A stretch of 64,000 nucleotides of DNA from Zootoca vivipara. Taxonomy: Eukaryota. How positions within the stretch are numbered: position 1 is the stretch's first letter; the number at the start of each line of letters is the position of its first letter. A program made the position numbers and the translations under genes. Shown here one piece after another: positions 62,419-64,000 of this stretch. Under the pieces are notes generated by a model. The model was not told the DNA's origin and ran no database searches. It was given only the letters and a program-made list of their open reading frames with translations. The DNA is taken from the NCBI RefSeq assembly GCF_963506605.1, contig NC_083285.1, positions 67,766,001-67,830,000 of the forward strand. The letters run 5' to 3'.

Positions 62419-62627
62419 TAAAAAAATTCCTTCAGTAGCACCTTAAAGACCAACTAAGTTTTTATTTTGGTATGAGCTTTCGTGTGCATGCACACTTCAT
62501 ATCTGACAAAGTGTGCATGCACACGAAAGCTCATACCAAAATAAAAACTTAGTTGGTCTTTAAGGTGCTACTGAAGGAATTTGTTTATTTTGTTTCGACT
62601 CAAACCAACACGGCTACCTACCTGTAA
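62419..62627. mobile_element. Penelope-like inverted terminal fragment
   Basis: Hairpin 62424-62582; flanking direct repeat ctattcacttttt. Confidence 0.75.
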
Positions 62628-62848
62628 CTATTCACTTTTTGTATTTCCTTGGTGGTGAGAGAGGTTGGGTGTGGCTTAGGGTGTGGTTGGTTGGCTGTAG
62701 TGAGAATTGTATTTGTGTGTGTGCGGGGTGTGAGTGTGTATTTTTGAATCAGGTTAGCCAGATTGATTCGTATGCTGTTGGGGGATTCTTGTTGTTGTCC
62801 TGTTGGGCTGTGTAAGTGATAAAGGTGCAGAAACTTTCTGAAGCTTAA

Positions 62849-64000
<1,152 letters not shown>

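Overview
Vertebrate genomic DNA, almost certainly from a lacertid lizard (Sauria SINEs, Bov-B, CR1, L2 with (TTA)n tails, Penelope remnants, hAT/Tc1 MITEs). It is the region syntenic to the human 7q32 TMEM209-SSMEM1-CPA cluster. I traced exons by hand with GT-AG boundaries and consistent phases. The minus strand carries a CPA1-like carboxypeptidase A (exons 1-10, 15537->147; last exon outside the window), a complete CPA2 (11 exons, 43060->23493, 420 aa) and a diverged SSMEM1 (53842->45892). The plus strand carries the first exons of TMEM209 from a CpG-island promoter at ~57.7-58.0 kb. Almost all ORFs in the supplied track are exon read-throughs, TE fragments or noise. I see no wholly new gene system. 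The most notable items are: minimal hammerhead ribozymes in Penelope termini (sense-oriented intronic copies have core mutations); a Bov-B that has copied 210 bp of another Bov-B's flank from 5.5 kb away; a 111-bp fold-back Bov-B hairpin upstream of CPA1; Gly at S1' pocket position 268 of CPA2; and a shifted activation site plus a retained intron in CPA1.
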